A stretch of DNA of 64,000 bases from Chiloscyllium plagiosum (taxonomy: Eukaryota), in NCBI RefSeq assembly GCF_004010195.1, contig NC_057719.1, positions 10,481,466-10,545,465 of the forward strand, in the 5' to 3' direction. Position 1 is the first letter of the stretch, and every line of letters begins with the position of its first letter. A model generated the notes under the pieces. The model was not told the origin of the DNA and ran no database searches. It saw only the letters and a program-made list of their open reading frames with translations. The translations under genes and the position numbers were made by a program. Below, in pieces: positions 38,351 through 50,142 of the stretch.

Positions 38351-39162
38351 TATATTAAGCCAACCCTGAGGAAAGAGAGAGATCTTAAGGAGCATATTAA
38401 AGAAGATGAGAGAGAAATTTTGAGAGAGAACTTCAGAGCCGAGTCCTCGACAGTGGAGTGATGCTAAGTGAAATCACAGAAAGCACCAGCCTTGGGAGAA
38501 CAGAGAAATCACAGAGGATATTGAAGTGGAGGAGTAAATGGACTGAGGTCATGGATGAATTTGAAAACAGAGCTGAGAGTTTTAAATTCAATGCTTTTCC
38601 AGATTGTCACAGGTTACAAGAGTGATAACTGTTTGGGACTTGGACCACTGTAGAATATGGGAAACAAAGTTTTGTGTACACTTAAGTTTACAGGAGGTGG
38701 AAGGCTGGCCAGGTGAACGTTAGAATCATTGAGTCCATACGTTACAAAGTCATGGCTAACAGGATTCCAATAGCAGATGGACTGAGGAAGAAATCAAATT
38801 GAGGTAACATTACAGAAGTATTATCTGGGTTGTGGAGATAATGAGATGGGAACTTTTATTTATGGTCAAGGTTCGAGGTTAAGGACTGTCTGGTTCAACC
38901 TCAGGGTGTGGCTATGGAGAGGGATGGAGTTAGTTACTATGAAATGGAACTTGTCTTTTGATACACCTATCCTGACTGGATTCTATCAGTCTCAAATTTA
39001 AAAGTTGCAATCATTCCAGCCTTCAGAGACATTTTGGAAGCAGGATACATTAACTTTCTATTTAAATTTAATTGGTTGGTGATGAACAAATCAGAAAGAG
39101 GGAAATGAAAGTTGCAGAACCAATGATTGTCCATATGAATGATACTTGGACACTTTTATCTA

Positions 39163-39290
39163 TCTGAAGAAGTATCACTGGACCTGAAACGTTAACTCTC
39201 ATTTCTCTCCACAGATGCTGCCAGACCTGCTGAGTTCCTCCAGCAATTTTGGTTTTTGTTTCAGATTTCCAGCATCTGCAATTCTTTCTT
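39163..39290 (+). mobile_element. PLE family-4 mini-element
   Basis: CTGAAGA...GAAACGTTAAC plus tail, as at 32311. Confidence 0.75.
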
Positions 39291-40286
39291 TTTATTTTAC
39301 TATTGATTCAATTCATTTTCTGTGTGCTGATAAGTTAGTTAGTTATCTGCCAACTATATTGAAAAGAGAAATGAGTAACTAATAAAACCTAATTCCATGA
39401 TGACTTAGCAGTTCCTGGCCATCTATAACGCAGAAAACATAGACAGAAACCTCTTCAGCTTCATTTCTTTGCCAGTTCAAGAAATATTGCAATATATAAC
39501 TGGAGAAGACTATTCAGCCCCTCTGACTTGTTCAGTGAAGTCATGGCTGATCTGCATGATAATTTCATCTGCCCAACTTAGTTCCATAAACCTGAATAAC
39601 CCTGGCTTGACAAAAAAAAAAATCTACCAATGCCAATTGTGTAAACTTTCACCAGCGTCAATGTTTGGCAGGACAGGAGGCATCCAAATTTCCATTGTTC
39701 TTTTACCTCAAGAAGTGTTTCTTACAATCTCGAATGAACAGCCTAACTTTAATGTTATGGTCGTATTCCTTATGCTGGACTCCACCACCAATAAAGGATA
39801 GAGTTAGCCCCAATTTCTTCTTTCAACCGTCATACAGGATATGAGTTTCAATGGGTCCATGTGCCCTACTCATAAAATAACCAAGACTGAGAGAAAGAGA
39901 GCACACATTTAAAGTGACTTGCAAATGAAGTAGACGTGAGAAAATATGAAGTAAGAAAAACCTTTTTCACACAGTGCCTCGATCAGGTTTGGAATGCAAT
40001 AACTGCAAGTGCGGTGGAGGCAGGTTTAATAGAAACATTCAAAAGGACATTAGATGGTTATTTAAATGGAAGCAAGGTTTAGACTTATGAAGGAAGGGTG
40101 GGATAATCGTCCTCAGTCATGATGCTCATTTGGAGAACCAGTGCAAATACAGAGGGCCGCATCACTTAAAAGTCATAGTCATACAGTATGGAAACAGACC
40201 CTTCAGTCCAACCAGTCCATGATGAACATAATCCCAATCTGATGAAGAGTCATTAAGACTCAAAACTTAACGTGTCCTCTCTCCAT

Positions 40287-41010
40287 GAACATAAGAACGT
40301 AAGAACCAGGAGCAAGGAGTGGGTCAGGTGGCCCTTCAAGCCTGCTCCGCCATTCAATAAGATCATGGCTGATCTTTTCGTGGCCTCAGCTCCACTTACC
40401 CACCCTCGCATCATAACCCTTCATTCCTTTACTGTTCATAAAGTTATCTACCTTAGCTTTAAAAACATTAGATGAGGAAGCCTCAACCACTTCAGTGGGC
40501 AGGGAATTGCACAGATTCACAACCCTCTGGGCGAAGAAGTTCCGTGGAAATCTGCTACCCCTAATTTTGAGGTTATGCCCTCCTATCCTAGTTTCACCCA
40601 CCAGTGGAAACATCCTCTCTACTTTTATCCTATCTATTCCCTTCATAATTTCATCGGTTTCTATAAACTGCCCCCTCATTCTTCTAAATTGCAATGAATA
40701 TAATCCCAATCAACCCAGTCTGTCCTCATTAGCCAATCCCTTCAACTCTGGAATCAATCTAGTGAACCTCCTCTGCACCCCCTCTACTGCCAGTACATCT
40801 TTTCTCAAGTAAGGAGAGCAAAACTGCACACAGCCTCACCAGCAACCTATACAGCTGCAACATAACTTCTCTGCTTTTAAACTCAATCCTATTAGCAATA
40901 AAGGACAAAATTCCATTTGCCTTCTTAATTAATGGCTGCACCTGCAAACCAACCTTCTGTGATTCATGCAGACGGACACCCAGGTCCCTCTGTATAGCAG
41001 CATGCTGAAA
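40287..41010 (-). mobile_element. CR1 LINE 3' fragment
   Basis: ORFs 40386-40709 and 40759-41058 (QRDLGV, ANGILSFI); (TTCTTAYG) tail. Confidence 0.85.
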
Positions 41011-41440
41011 TGTTTCACAATTCATGGATGTTGCCTGCCCCATTGTGACCTTGACCATTTGTTGTTTTCAGTACAGATTCCATCATCTGTAATAACGTGC
41101 CCCTATAATCCCAAACTAAACTAGTCCCAGCTGCCTGCTCCTGACCCATATCCCTCCTTACCTTGCTCTGCGTTATAACAAATCTGTGATTCTGTGATGT
41201 CTTGTATTGACTTTGACTGCCTAAGAATGACTGGACAGAAATTTTACACAATACATTTTGCCTTTTTGCTCCTAGGTGTATTCACTTTAATGTTTTTACC
41301 TCTCCTCGAGGGAACGAGGAAGAATTGTCCAGCCATAATGCCCTATTTTCCTACTCATAATTTAAATGTGCATTTAACTCCTCAATTAACCTACAATCAA
41401 TGGAATACAAGCTTAGAACATACAATGTGTTCCCATATTT

Positions 41441-41680
41441 TCAAAATCACATGACACCAGGTTATGGTCTGACAGGTCTTTTGAAAGTACAAATTTTCGC
41501 AGCACTTGTAGGTAGCTAGCTATAAAGTCTGTGTCCTATGTTCCAGCTCCACTCGCTGCCCAACAAAGGAGCAGCGATCTGAAAGCTCGTACTTCCAAAA
41601 AAACCTGTTGGACTATAACCTGGTGTTGTGTGATTTTTAACTTTGTTCACCTCAGTCCAACACTGGCTCCTCAACATCAT
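41441..41680. mobile_element. Older foldback PLE family-3 mini-element
   Basis: Inverted arms homologous to 6695-6913; hammerhead cores decayed. Confidence 0.7.
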
Positions 41681-42073
41681 TACTATCTATCCATAGAAAC
41701 GTGCAAGAAAAGAGTTGAGTGGTTTAAATAAGTCTTGTTTACCAATTTTTATTTCAGCCTGCCCATGTCCAGCCAATCCTTTTGTTCTCTTTTTTTGGCT
41801 CCAGCCTGATCTGATATGGCCTCGACCCAGCTTCAGTGTCATCCTGTATAAAGTCAATGACATCAAGAGGCATGAGAGTGTTCGCCTTGAGGATTGTCAG
41901 GTTAACTGGTTTTCAAATGTTGATGTCGTTGCCTCTCCATTTCACTTCAAGCAAGAAACCGATAAATCACCTGATGTACTAATGCCAATGCCAAGGAATT
42001 TAGAATTGGAGCTTCTACTCAATCCAAGGCAATGTCCTGCATTGTCTCTTGTAGATCCACCTCAACACCTGGA

Positions 42074-43632
42074 GCAGCATGGTGGCTCAATGGCTAATAT
42101 AACTGCCTCACTGTATAAGGGACCCAGGTTTGATTCCAGCCTCGGAAAACCGTCTGTGTGGAGTTTGCACACTCTCCCCGTGTCTGTGTGGGTTTCCTGT
42201 TCTTCCCACAATCCAAAGATGTTCAGGTTGTGTGGATTGGCCAGACGGATGTGGGGGTAGGGTGGGATGCTCTTCGAAGGGATGGAATCATAGTCATAGA
42301 GAGGAATAGCATGGAAATAGACCCTTCGGTCCAACCCATCCATGCCGATCAAATATCCAAAAACAATCTAGTCCCACCTGCCAGCACCTTGTCCTTATCC
42401 CTCCAAACCCTTCCTATTCATATACCCATCCAAATGCCTCTTAAAAGTTGCAATTGTACCAGCCTCCACCACTTCCTCTGGCAGCTCATTCCATACACGT
42501 ACCACCCTCTGCGTGAAAAGGTTGCCCCTTAGGTCTCTTTTATATCTTTCCCCTCTCACCCTAAACCTATGCCCTCTAGTTCTGGACTCCTCAACCCTAT
42601 GGAAAAGACTTTGCCTATTTACCCTATCCATACCCCTCATAATTTTGTAAACCTCTATAAGGTCACCCCTCAGCCTCTGACGCTCCAGGAAAAACAGCCC
42701 CAGGCTGTTCAGCCTCGCCCTACAGGTCAATTCTCCAACCCTGGCAACATAATTGTAAATCTTTTCTGAACCCTTTCAAGTTTCACATCTTTCCGATAGG
42801 AAGGAGACCAGAATTGCATGCAATATTCCATTAGTGGCCTAATAGTGGTACAGCCGCAACATGACCTCCCGACTCCTGTACTCAATACCCTGACCAATAA
42901 AGGAAAGCCTACTTCACTATCCTATCTACCTGTAACTCCACTTTCAAGGAGCTATGAACCTGCACTCCAAGGTCTCTTTTATCAGCAACACTCCCTAAGA
43001 CCTTACCATTAAGTGTATTAGTCCTGCTAAGATTTGCTTTCTCAAAATGCAGCACCTCGCATTTGTCTGAATTGAACTCCATCTGCCACTTCTCAACCCA
43101 TTGGCCCATCTGGTCAAGATCCTGTTGTAATCTGAGGTAACCCTCTTCGCTGTCCACTACACCTCCAATTTTGGTGTCATCTGCAAACTTACTAACTGTA
43201 CCTCTTAAGCTCGCTTCCAAATCATTTATGTAAATGACAAAAAGTAGAGGACCCAGCACCGATCCTTGTGGCACTCCACTGGTCACAGGCCTCCAGTCGG
43301 AAAAATAACCCTCCACCACCACCCTCTGTCTTCTACCTCATGCGCAAAGCCATCTTGACTATCCCCAATCTGTCCTTGCCTTTCCACATACATGTACATC
43401 CTGTCCCTCAGGATTCCCTCCAACAACTTGCCCACCACTGACGTCAGGCTCACCGGTCTATAGTTCCCTGGCTTGTCCTTACCACCCTTCTTAAACAGTG
43501 GCACCACGTTTGCCAACCTCCAGTCTTCCAGCACTTCACCTACGTTCCCCTGAGAATCCATCATCCCCTACAGTGATGGTGCATACTCGATAGGCTGAAT
43601 AGCTTTGATCTGCTCTGTACGGATTCTATAAT
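42074..43632 (+). mobile_element. V-SINE interrupted by an antisense HER1 LINE
   Basis: SINE 42074-42285; tail remnant ~43573-43632. Confidence 0.7.
42287..43545 (-). mobile_element. HER1-type CR1 LINE RT/3' region with internal deletions
   Basis: GVPQGSVLGPLLFVIYINDL...KFADDTKIG (ORF 42909-43322). Confidence 0.92.
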
Positions 43633-44271
43633 GCGATGAACATTTCCCCTAATCCATTTGACAAAATGATGCCCAGGTTTAGCTTTTCCCCTGAAAATTG
43701 CTCCTCTCTCCCTCCCAACTGTGTTGTCCACTGCACTCCTGACTGCTCATCCTCAGGCCCAGTGCCCCAAGCGGCTCCTTACCTGCTCAAGATCTACTCT
43801 ACCCAAATGGCATTTCCTGTCCTCTGCAGCCTCTCTACTGCAGAACACTGCCACCAGTTATCCACGCATGTATCCTTACACCGGGTTTCTGATGGGCTAG
43901 TGAATGGTGAAGTGGAACCCTGGTTCACTGGTGCAGTCAAGGCTGCAGCTCCAAAAGGAAGACCATGTGGTTTGAGATTCAGTTCTATTCCAGCAGCAAG
44001 CTATGCCTCGTTCCCTCAGCCTTGGATCTAGACTCCAACTGTCTGAGGGTCCTTCTCCCTCTTCGGAATGAGTTACTCTATGCAACAGTGCAGCAGCAAA
44101 TGGATAGTATCTTCCAACCTAGCCTTTGTGACCACCTCCTTAAAAACGATGAATTGGAGAGATTCAATAGGTGAAAAAAGAAGTATCCAGAAAGGCATTC
44201 AGAGCCAGTCAGAAACACACAAAAATCGAGTGAACTGCATTCCGGGACCAGCAAATAGGAACAAATAAATG

Positions 44272-44556
44272 GGTAGCATGCTAGCTCAGTGGGTAGCCCT
44301 GCTGCCTCACAGCACCAGGGTCCCTGGTTCTACTCCAGCCTCAGGTGACTGTCTGTGTAGAGTTTGCACATTCTCACCGTGTCTGCGTGGGATTCCTCCC
44401 ACAGGTCAGGTGAATTGGCCATGTTAAATTGTCCATAGTGTTAGGTGCATTAGTCAGAGGGGAATGGGTCTGGGTGGGTTACTCTTCGGAATGTCGGTGT
44501 GGACTTGTTGGGCCGAAGGGCATGTTTCCACATTGTAAGGAATCTAATCTAATCTA
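44272..44556 (+). mobile_element. HE1-type V-SINE
   Basis: Head, V-domain and (AATCT)n tail. Confidence 0.9.
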
Positions 44557-45264
44557 AAAACCTTGCATTCAGATAGTGCCTTTTGCAAACCCAGGGCCTC
44601 CTAATGCATTTTATAGTCAATTCGTCCTTTTGAAATGTAGTCGCTATTGTAAGGTGGGAACCCAATTCGCAAATTTACTCACAGTGAAACGTCACAAACA
44701 ACTATGTGATATTGACAACATAATCTATTTCTATCATCCCCGGCCAATATTTCCGTCTCAGTCAACACCACCAAAATAGATACAGAATCAGAAATTTCTG
44801 GAAAAACTCAGTGCGTCTGGCTAATCTAGTTCTGAAGCAGGATTAGTGGACCCAATCACTACATCTGATCTATAATTAGCATTCTTATTCCAGATGAAGG
44901 GCTTATGCCCAAAACGTCAACTCTCCTGCTCCGAGGATGCTGTCTGACATACTGTGCTTTTCCTGATTGCAGGCATATATCTCTGATTACAGGTATATAT
45001 CTCTATAGTTATCGTTGAAATTATAACTTTTCGACTATAATTAGCAATGTCCTATTGACCAGACAATCCATTTCAGTAACAAAAAAGAACAAAGAAATAC
45101 GGATGCTGGCAATCAGAATCGACACCTATGGAGTGAAAGGAGAGTTGATGTTTTGGATCCATTCTTCAGAAGTAGATAGCCAGACCTGCTGCGTTTTTCC
45201 AGCAATTTCTGATTTTGAATCTATTCCAGTGATGTTGACTAAGCAAATTATTGGCCAGGGTCCT

Positions 45265-45362
45265 GATTCTCCTGCTTCAAGGATGCTGCCTGACCTGCTG
45301 CGCTTTTCCAGCAATACATTTTTCAGCTCTGATCTCCAGCATCTGCAGTCCACATTTTCTCC
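45265..45362 (+). mobile_element. PLE family-1 tail abutting the satellite start
   Basis: GATTCTCCTGCT...CTCTGATCTCCAGCATCTGCAGTCC. Confidence 0.75.
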
Positions 45363-45724
45363 TACTGGTATGTATCTCTGATTACAGGTGTGTTTCTGAT
45401 TACAGGCGTGTTTCTGATTACAGATATGCATCTCTCTCTACATCTATGTATCTCTGACTACAGGTGAGTGTCTTTGATTTCAGGTATGCATTTCTGATCA
45501 GAGATATCTAACGCTGATTACAGGTATGTATCCCTGATCACAGGTATGTATCTCTGATTACAGGTATGTAACTCTGATTACACATATGTGTCGCTGATTG
45601 AAGGTATGCCTCTCACATGACAGGTATGCATCTCTGATTAAAGGTATGTATCTCTGAATACAGGTATGTAACTCTGACTACAGGTATGTATAGCTGATTA
45701 CAGATATGTATCTCTGACAGCATG

Positions 45725-46716
45725 TTTCAAGAAGATTTGTAGCTCAGGTTAAGGTTCTGGATGTAGGTTTGCTCGCTGTGCTGGAAGGCCCATATTCAGA
45801 TATCTCATCACCCTACTAGGTAACATCTCCTCGATGCTGCCTGAATTGCTGTGCTCTTCCAGCACCATTGATCCAGAATCTGGTTTCCAGCATCTGCAGT
45901 CATTGTTTTTAACATCTTCAGTGAGCCTCCAGACGAGGCGCTGCTGGTGTTTCCTGATTTCTATTTATATGTTTGGGTTTCCTTGGGTTGGTGATGTCAT
46001 TTCCTGTGGTGATGTCATTTCCTATGGTGATATCATTTCATGTTTTTTTTTCTCTCAGCCGGTGGTAAATCGGGTCCAGGTCATTGTGTTTGTTGAGTTC
46101 CAGTTGGAATGCCATGTTTTTGGAATTCTCGTGCATGTCTCTGTTTGGCTTGTCCTAGGATGGACGTGTTGTCCCAGTCGAAGTGCTGTCATTCCTTATC
46201 TGTATGTAAGGACACTAGTGAGACAGGGTCATGTCGTTTGGTGGCTAGTTTTCTGCCTGTTTGTCCGAGCCACCAGGATACATGAACATCAACTCGCCAC
46301 AAAACGACATGACCCTGTCTCACTAGTATCCTTACATACAGATGAGGAAGGGCACCACTTCGATGGGACAACACATCCATCCTAGGACAAACCAAACAGA
46401 GATGCACACGAGAATTCCTAGAAGCATGACATTCCAACCGGAACTCTATCAACAAACACATTGACTTGGATCCCTTTACCACACCCTGAGAGAAAAAAAA
46501 AACAACAGAATATGACATCACCATAGGAAATAACGTCCCCACAGGAAATGACATCACCAACCCGAGGAAACCAAGGGACTCTCAAACAGAATACATCAAC
46601 AGAAAGCAGGAAACACCAACAGTGTTTCATCTGGAGGCTCACTGAAGATGTTGCCTAGTACGGTGATGAAACATCTGAAAATGAACCTTCCAGCTCAGTG
46701 AGCAAAACTGCATCCA
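45725..46716. mobile_element. PLE family 2 as a large inverted duplication of its 3' end
   Basis: 45725-46260 (minus) mirrors 46265-46716 (plus); ATKRHDPVSLVSLHTD coding remnant; 18-bp GGTGATGTCATTTCCTRT subrepeats; hammerhead at 46639-46678. Confidence 0.85.
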
Positions 46717-49700
46717 TGTGTCTCTGATTACAGGCATATATCTCTGATTACAGATATATATCTCTAATTACTCATGTGCATCTCTAATTACAGATATGCA
46801 TCTCTTTTACAGGTATGTATCTTTGATTAAAAGTATGCATCTTTCATTACAGGTATGCATCCCTCATTATAGGTATGCATCTCTCCTTACAATTGTGGAT
46901 CTCTGAATACAGGTATGTGTCTCTGATTACAAATATGTATCTCTGATTATAGACATATTTTTCTGATTACAGGTATGTATCTCTGATTGCACGTATACAT
47001 CTCTGATTACAGGTCTGTATCTCTGATTACAGGTATATATGTCTGATTGCAGGTATGTGTCGTTGATTACAGGGATGTATCTCTGACTACAGGTATGCAT
47101 CTCTCATTACAGGATGTATCTCCGATTACAGGTATGCATCTCTGGTTACAGGCAAGTATCTCTGATTACGGGTGTGAATCACAAATTGCCGGTACAAGTC
47201 TCTAATTATATGTATGCATCTCTGATTATAGTTCTGCATCTCTGATTACAGGTATGTTTCTCTAATTGCTGGTGTGCATCTCTGGTGTCAGGTATGTATC
47301 TCTGATTACAGTTATTGATCTCTGATTATAGGTATATATCTCTGATTACAGGTATGTGTGTCTGATTAACAGATATGCATCTCAGATTACAGAAATGCAT
47401 CTCTCATTACCAGTATGTATCTCTGATTACAGTTATGTGTCTCTGATTACAAATATGTATCTCTGATTACAGGTATGTGTTTCTGATTATAGGTATGTAT
47501 CTCTGATTACAGGTATGTATCCCTGATTAGAAGTGTGCATCTCTTATCACAGATATGTATTGCTGATTACAGGTATGTGTCTCTGATTACAAATATGTCT
47601 CTCTGATTACAGGTGTTTTTCTGATTACAGGTATGTATGTCTGATTACAGGTATATATCTCTGATTACAGGTATGTGTCTCTGATTACCAGTATGTATCT
47701 CTGAATACAGGTATGTGTCTCCGATTTCAGGTATACATCTCAGAATACAGGCAAGTATCTCTGATTACAGGTGTGTATCTCTAATTGCTGGTATGTGTCT
47801 CTAATTATATGTACGAGTCTCTGATTAGAGGTATGCATCTCTAGTGTCAGGTATGTATTTCTGATTACAGGTAGTAGTCTTGGAGAACAGGTATGTATCT
47901 CTGATTACAGGTATGTCTCTGATTACAGGTATGCATCTCGGATTACAAGTATTCTTCTTTGGTGAACGGTATGTATCTCTGATTACAGTTATATATTTCT
48001 GATTGCATGTATGCATCTCTGATTGCAGATATGTGTCTCTGATGAAAGATATATGTCTCTGATTACAGGAATGTGTCTCCGATTACAGGCAAATATCTAT
48101 GATTACAGGTATATACCTCAGATTACAGGTGTGTATCACTAATTGCTGGTATGCGTCTCTAATTATATGAACATGTCTCTTATTGCAGGTCTGTGTCTCT
48201 GGTTACAGGTATGTATCTCAGATTACAGGTATGTATCCCTGATTACAGATATGCATCTCTGAATACAGGCATGCATCTCTGATTACAGGAATGCATCTTG
48301 GATTACAGGTATGCATTTCTCATGCAGGTATGTATCCCTGATTACAGGTATGCATCTCTGAATACAGGCACGTACCTCTGAGAAAAAGGTGTGTATCTTT
48401 GATTCCTGGTATACTTCTTTGATTACAGGTAGGTATCTCATATTTCAGGTGTGCATCTCTGATTCCAGGTATGTGGGTCCTTTTGCATGTATGTGTCTCT
48501 AATTGCCGGTATGCATCTCTGATTATAGGTATGTGTCTCTGATTGCAGGTATATATCTCTGATTAGAGGTATGCATCTCTGATTTCAGTTATGTATCTCT
48601 GATCACAGGTATGCATCTCTGATTGCAGGTATGTGTCTCTGGTTGCAGGTATGTGTCCCTGATTAGAGGTATGCATCTCTGATTGCAGGTATGTGTCTCT
48701 GATTACAGGTATGTGTCTCTGATTACATGTATGCGTCTCTGAATACAGGTATGTGTCTCTGATTGCAGATATGTGACTCCGATTGCAGGTATGTGTCTCT
48801 GATTGCATGCAGGCATCTCTGATTGTAGGTATGTATCTCTGATTGCAGGTATGAGTCTTTGATTGCAGGTATGCATCTTTGATTGCAGCTATGTGTCTCT
48901 GATTGCATATATGTGTCTGTGATTGCAGGTATGTGTCTCTGATTATAGGTATGCATCTCTGATTGCAGGTATGTGTCTCTGATGGCAGGTATGTGTCTCT
49001 GTTTGCAGGTATGCGTCTCTGATTTCAGGTATGTGTCTCTGATTAGAGGTATGCGTCTCTGATTGCAGGTATGTGTCTCTGATGCAGATATGCATCTCTG
49101 ATTGCAGGTAAGTGTCTCTGATTGCTGGTATGTGTGTCTGATTGCAGGTATGCGTCTCTGATTGCTGGTATGTGTCTCTGATTGGATATATCTGTCTCTG
49201 ATTGCAGGTATGTGTCTCTGATTATAGGTATGCATCTCTGATTGCAGGTATGTGTCTCTGATGGCAGGTATGTGTCTCTGATTGCATATATGTGTCTCTG
49301 ATTGCAGGTATGTGTCTTTGATTACAGGTATGCATCTCTGATTGCAGGTATGTGTCTCTGATGGCAGGTATGTGTCTCTGATTGCATATATGTGTCTCTG
49401 ATTGCAGGTATGTGTCTCTGATTATAGGTATGCATCTCTGATTGCAGGTATGTGTCTCTGATGGCAGGTATGTGTCTCTGTTTGCAGGTATGCGTCTCTG
49501 ATTTCAGGTATGTGTCTCTGATTGCATATATCTGTCTCTGATTGCAGGTATGTGTCTCTGATTATAGGTATGCATCTCTGATTGCAGGTATGTGTCTCTG
49601 ATGGCAGGTATGTGTCTCTGTTTGCAGGTATGCGTCTCTGATTTCAGGTATGTGTCTCTGATTAGAGGTATGCGTCTCTGATTGCAGGTATGTGTCTCTG

Positions 49701-50009
49701 ATTGCAGGTATTTGTCCCTGATTGCAGATATGCATCTCTGATTGCAGGTATGTGTCTCTGATTGCTGGTATGTGTGTCTGATTGCAGGTATGTGTCTCTG
49801 ATTGCAGGTATGTGTCTCTGATTGCTGGTATGTGTCTCTGATTGCATGTATGTGTCTCTGATTGCAGGTATGTGTCTCTGATTGCAGGTACGCATCTCTG
49901 ATCGCTGTTATGCGAGTCTGATGACAGTATTGTGTCTCTGATTGCGGGTATGCGAATCCAATTGTTGGTATGTTTCTCTGATTACAGGTATGTGTCTCTG
50001 ATTGCAGGT

Positions 50010-50142
50010 ATAGAACATAGAACATAGAAGAATACAGCGCAGTACAGGCCCTTTGGCCCTCGATGTTGCGCCGATCCAAGCCCACCGAACCTATACTAAC
50101 CCACTATCCTCCATATACCTATCCAATGCCCGCTTAAATGCC
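50010..50142 (-). mobile_element. Short young CR1 3' tail in the satellite
   Basis: (TAGAACA)n terminus; CpGs retained. Confidence 0.75.
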
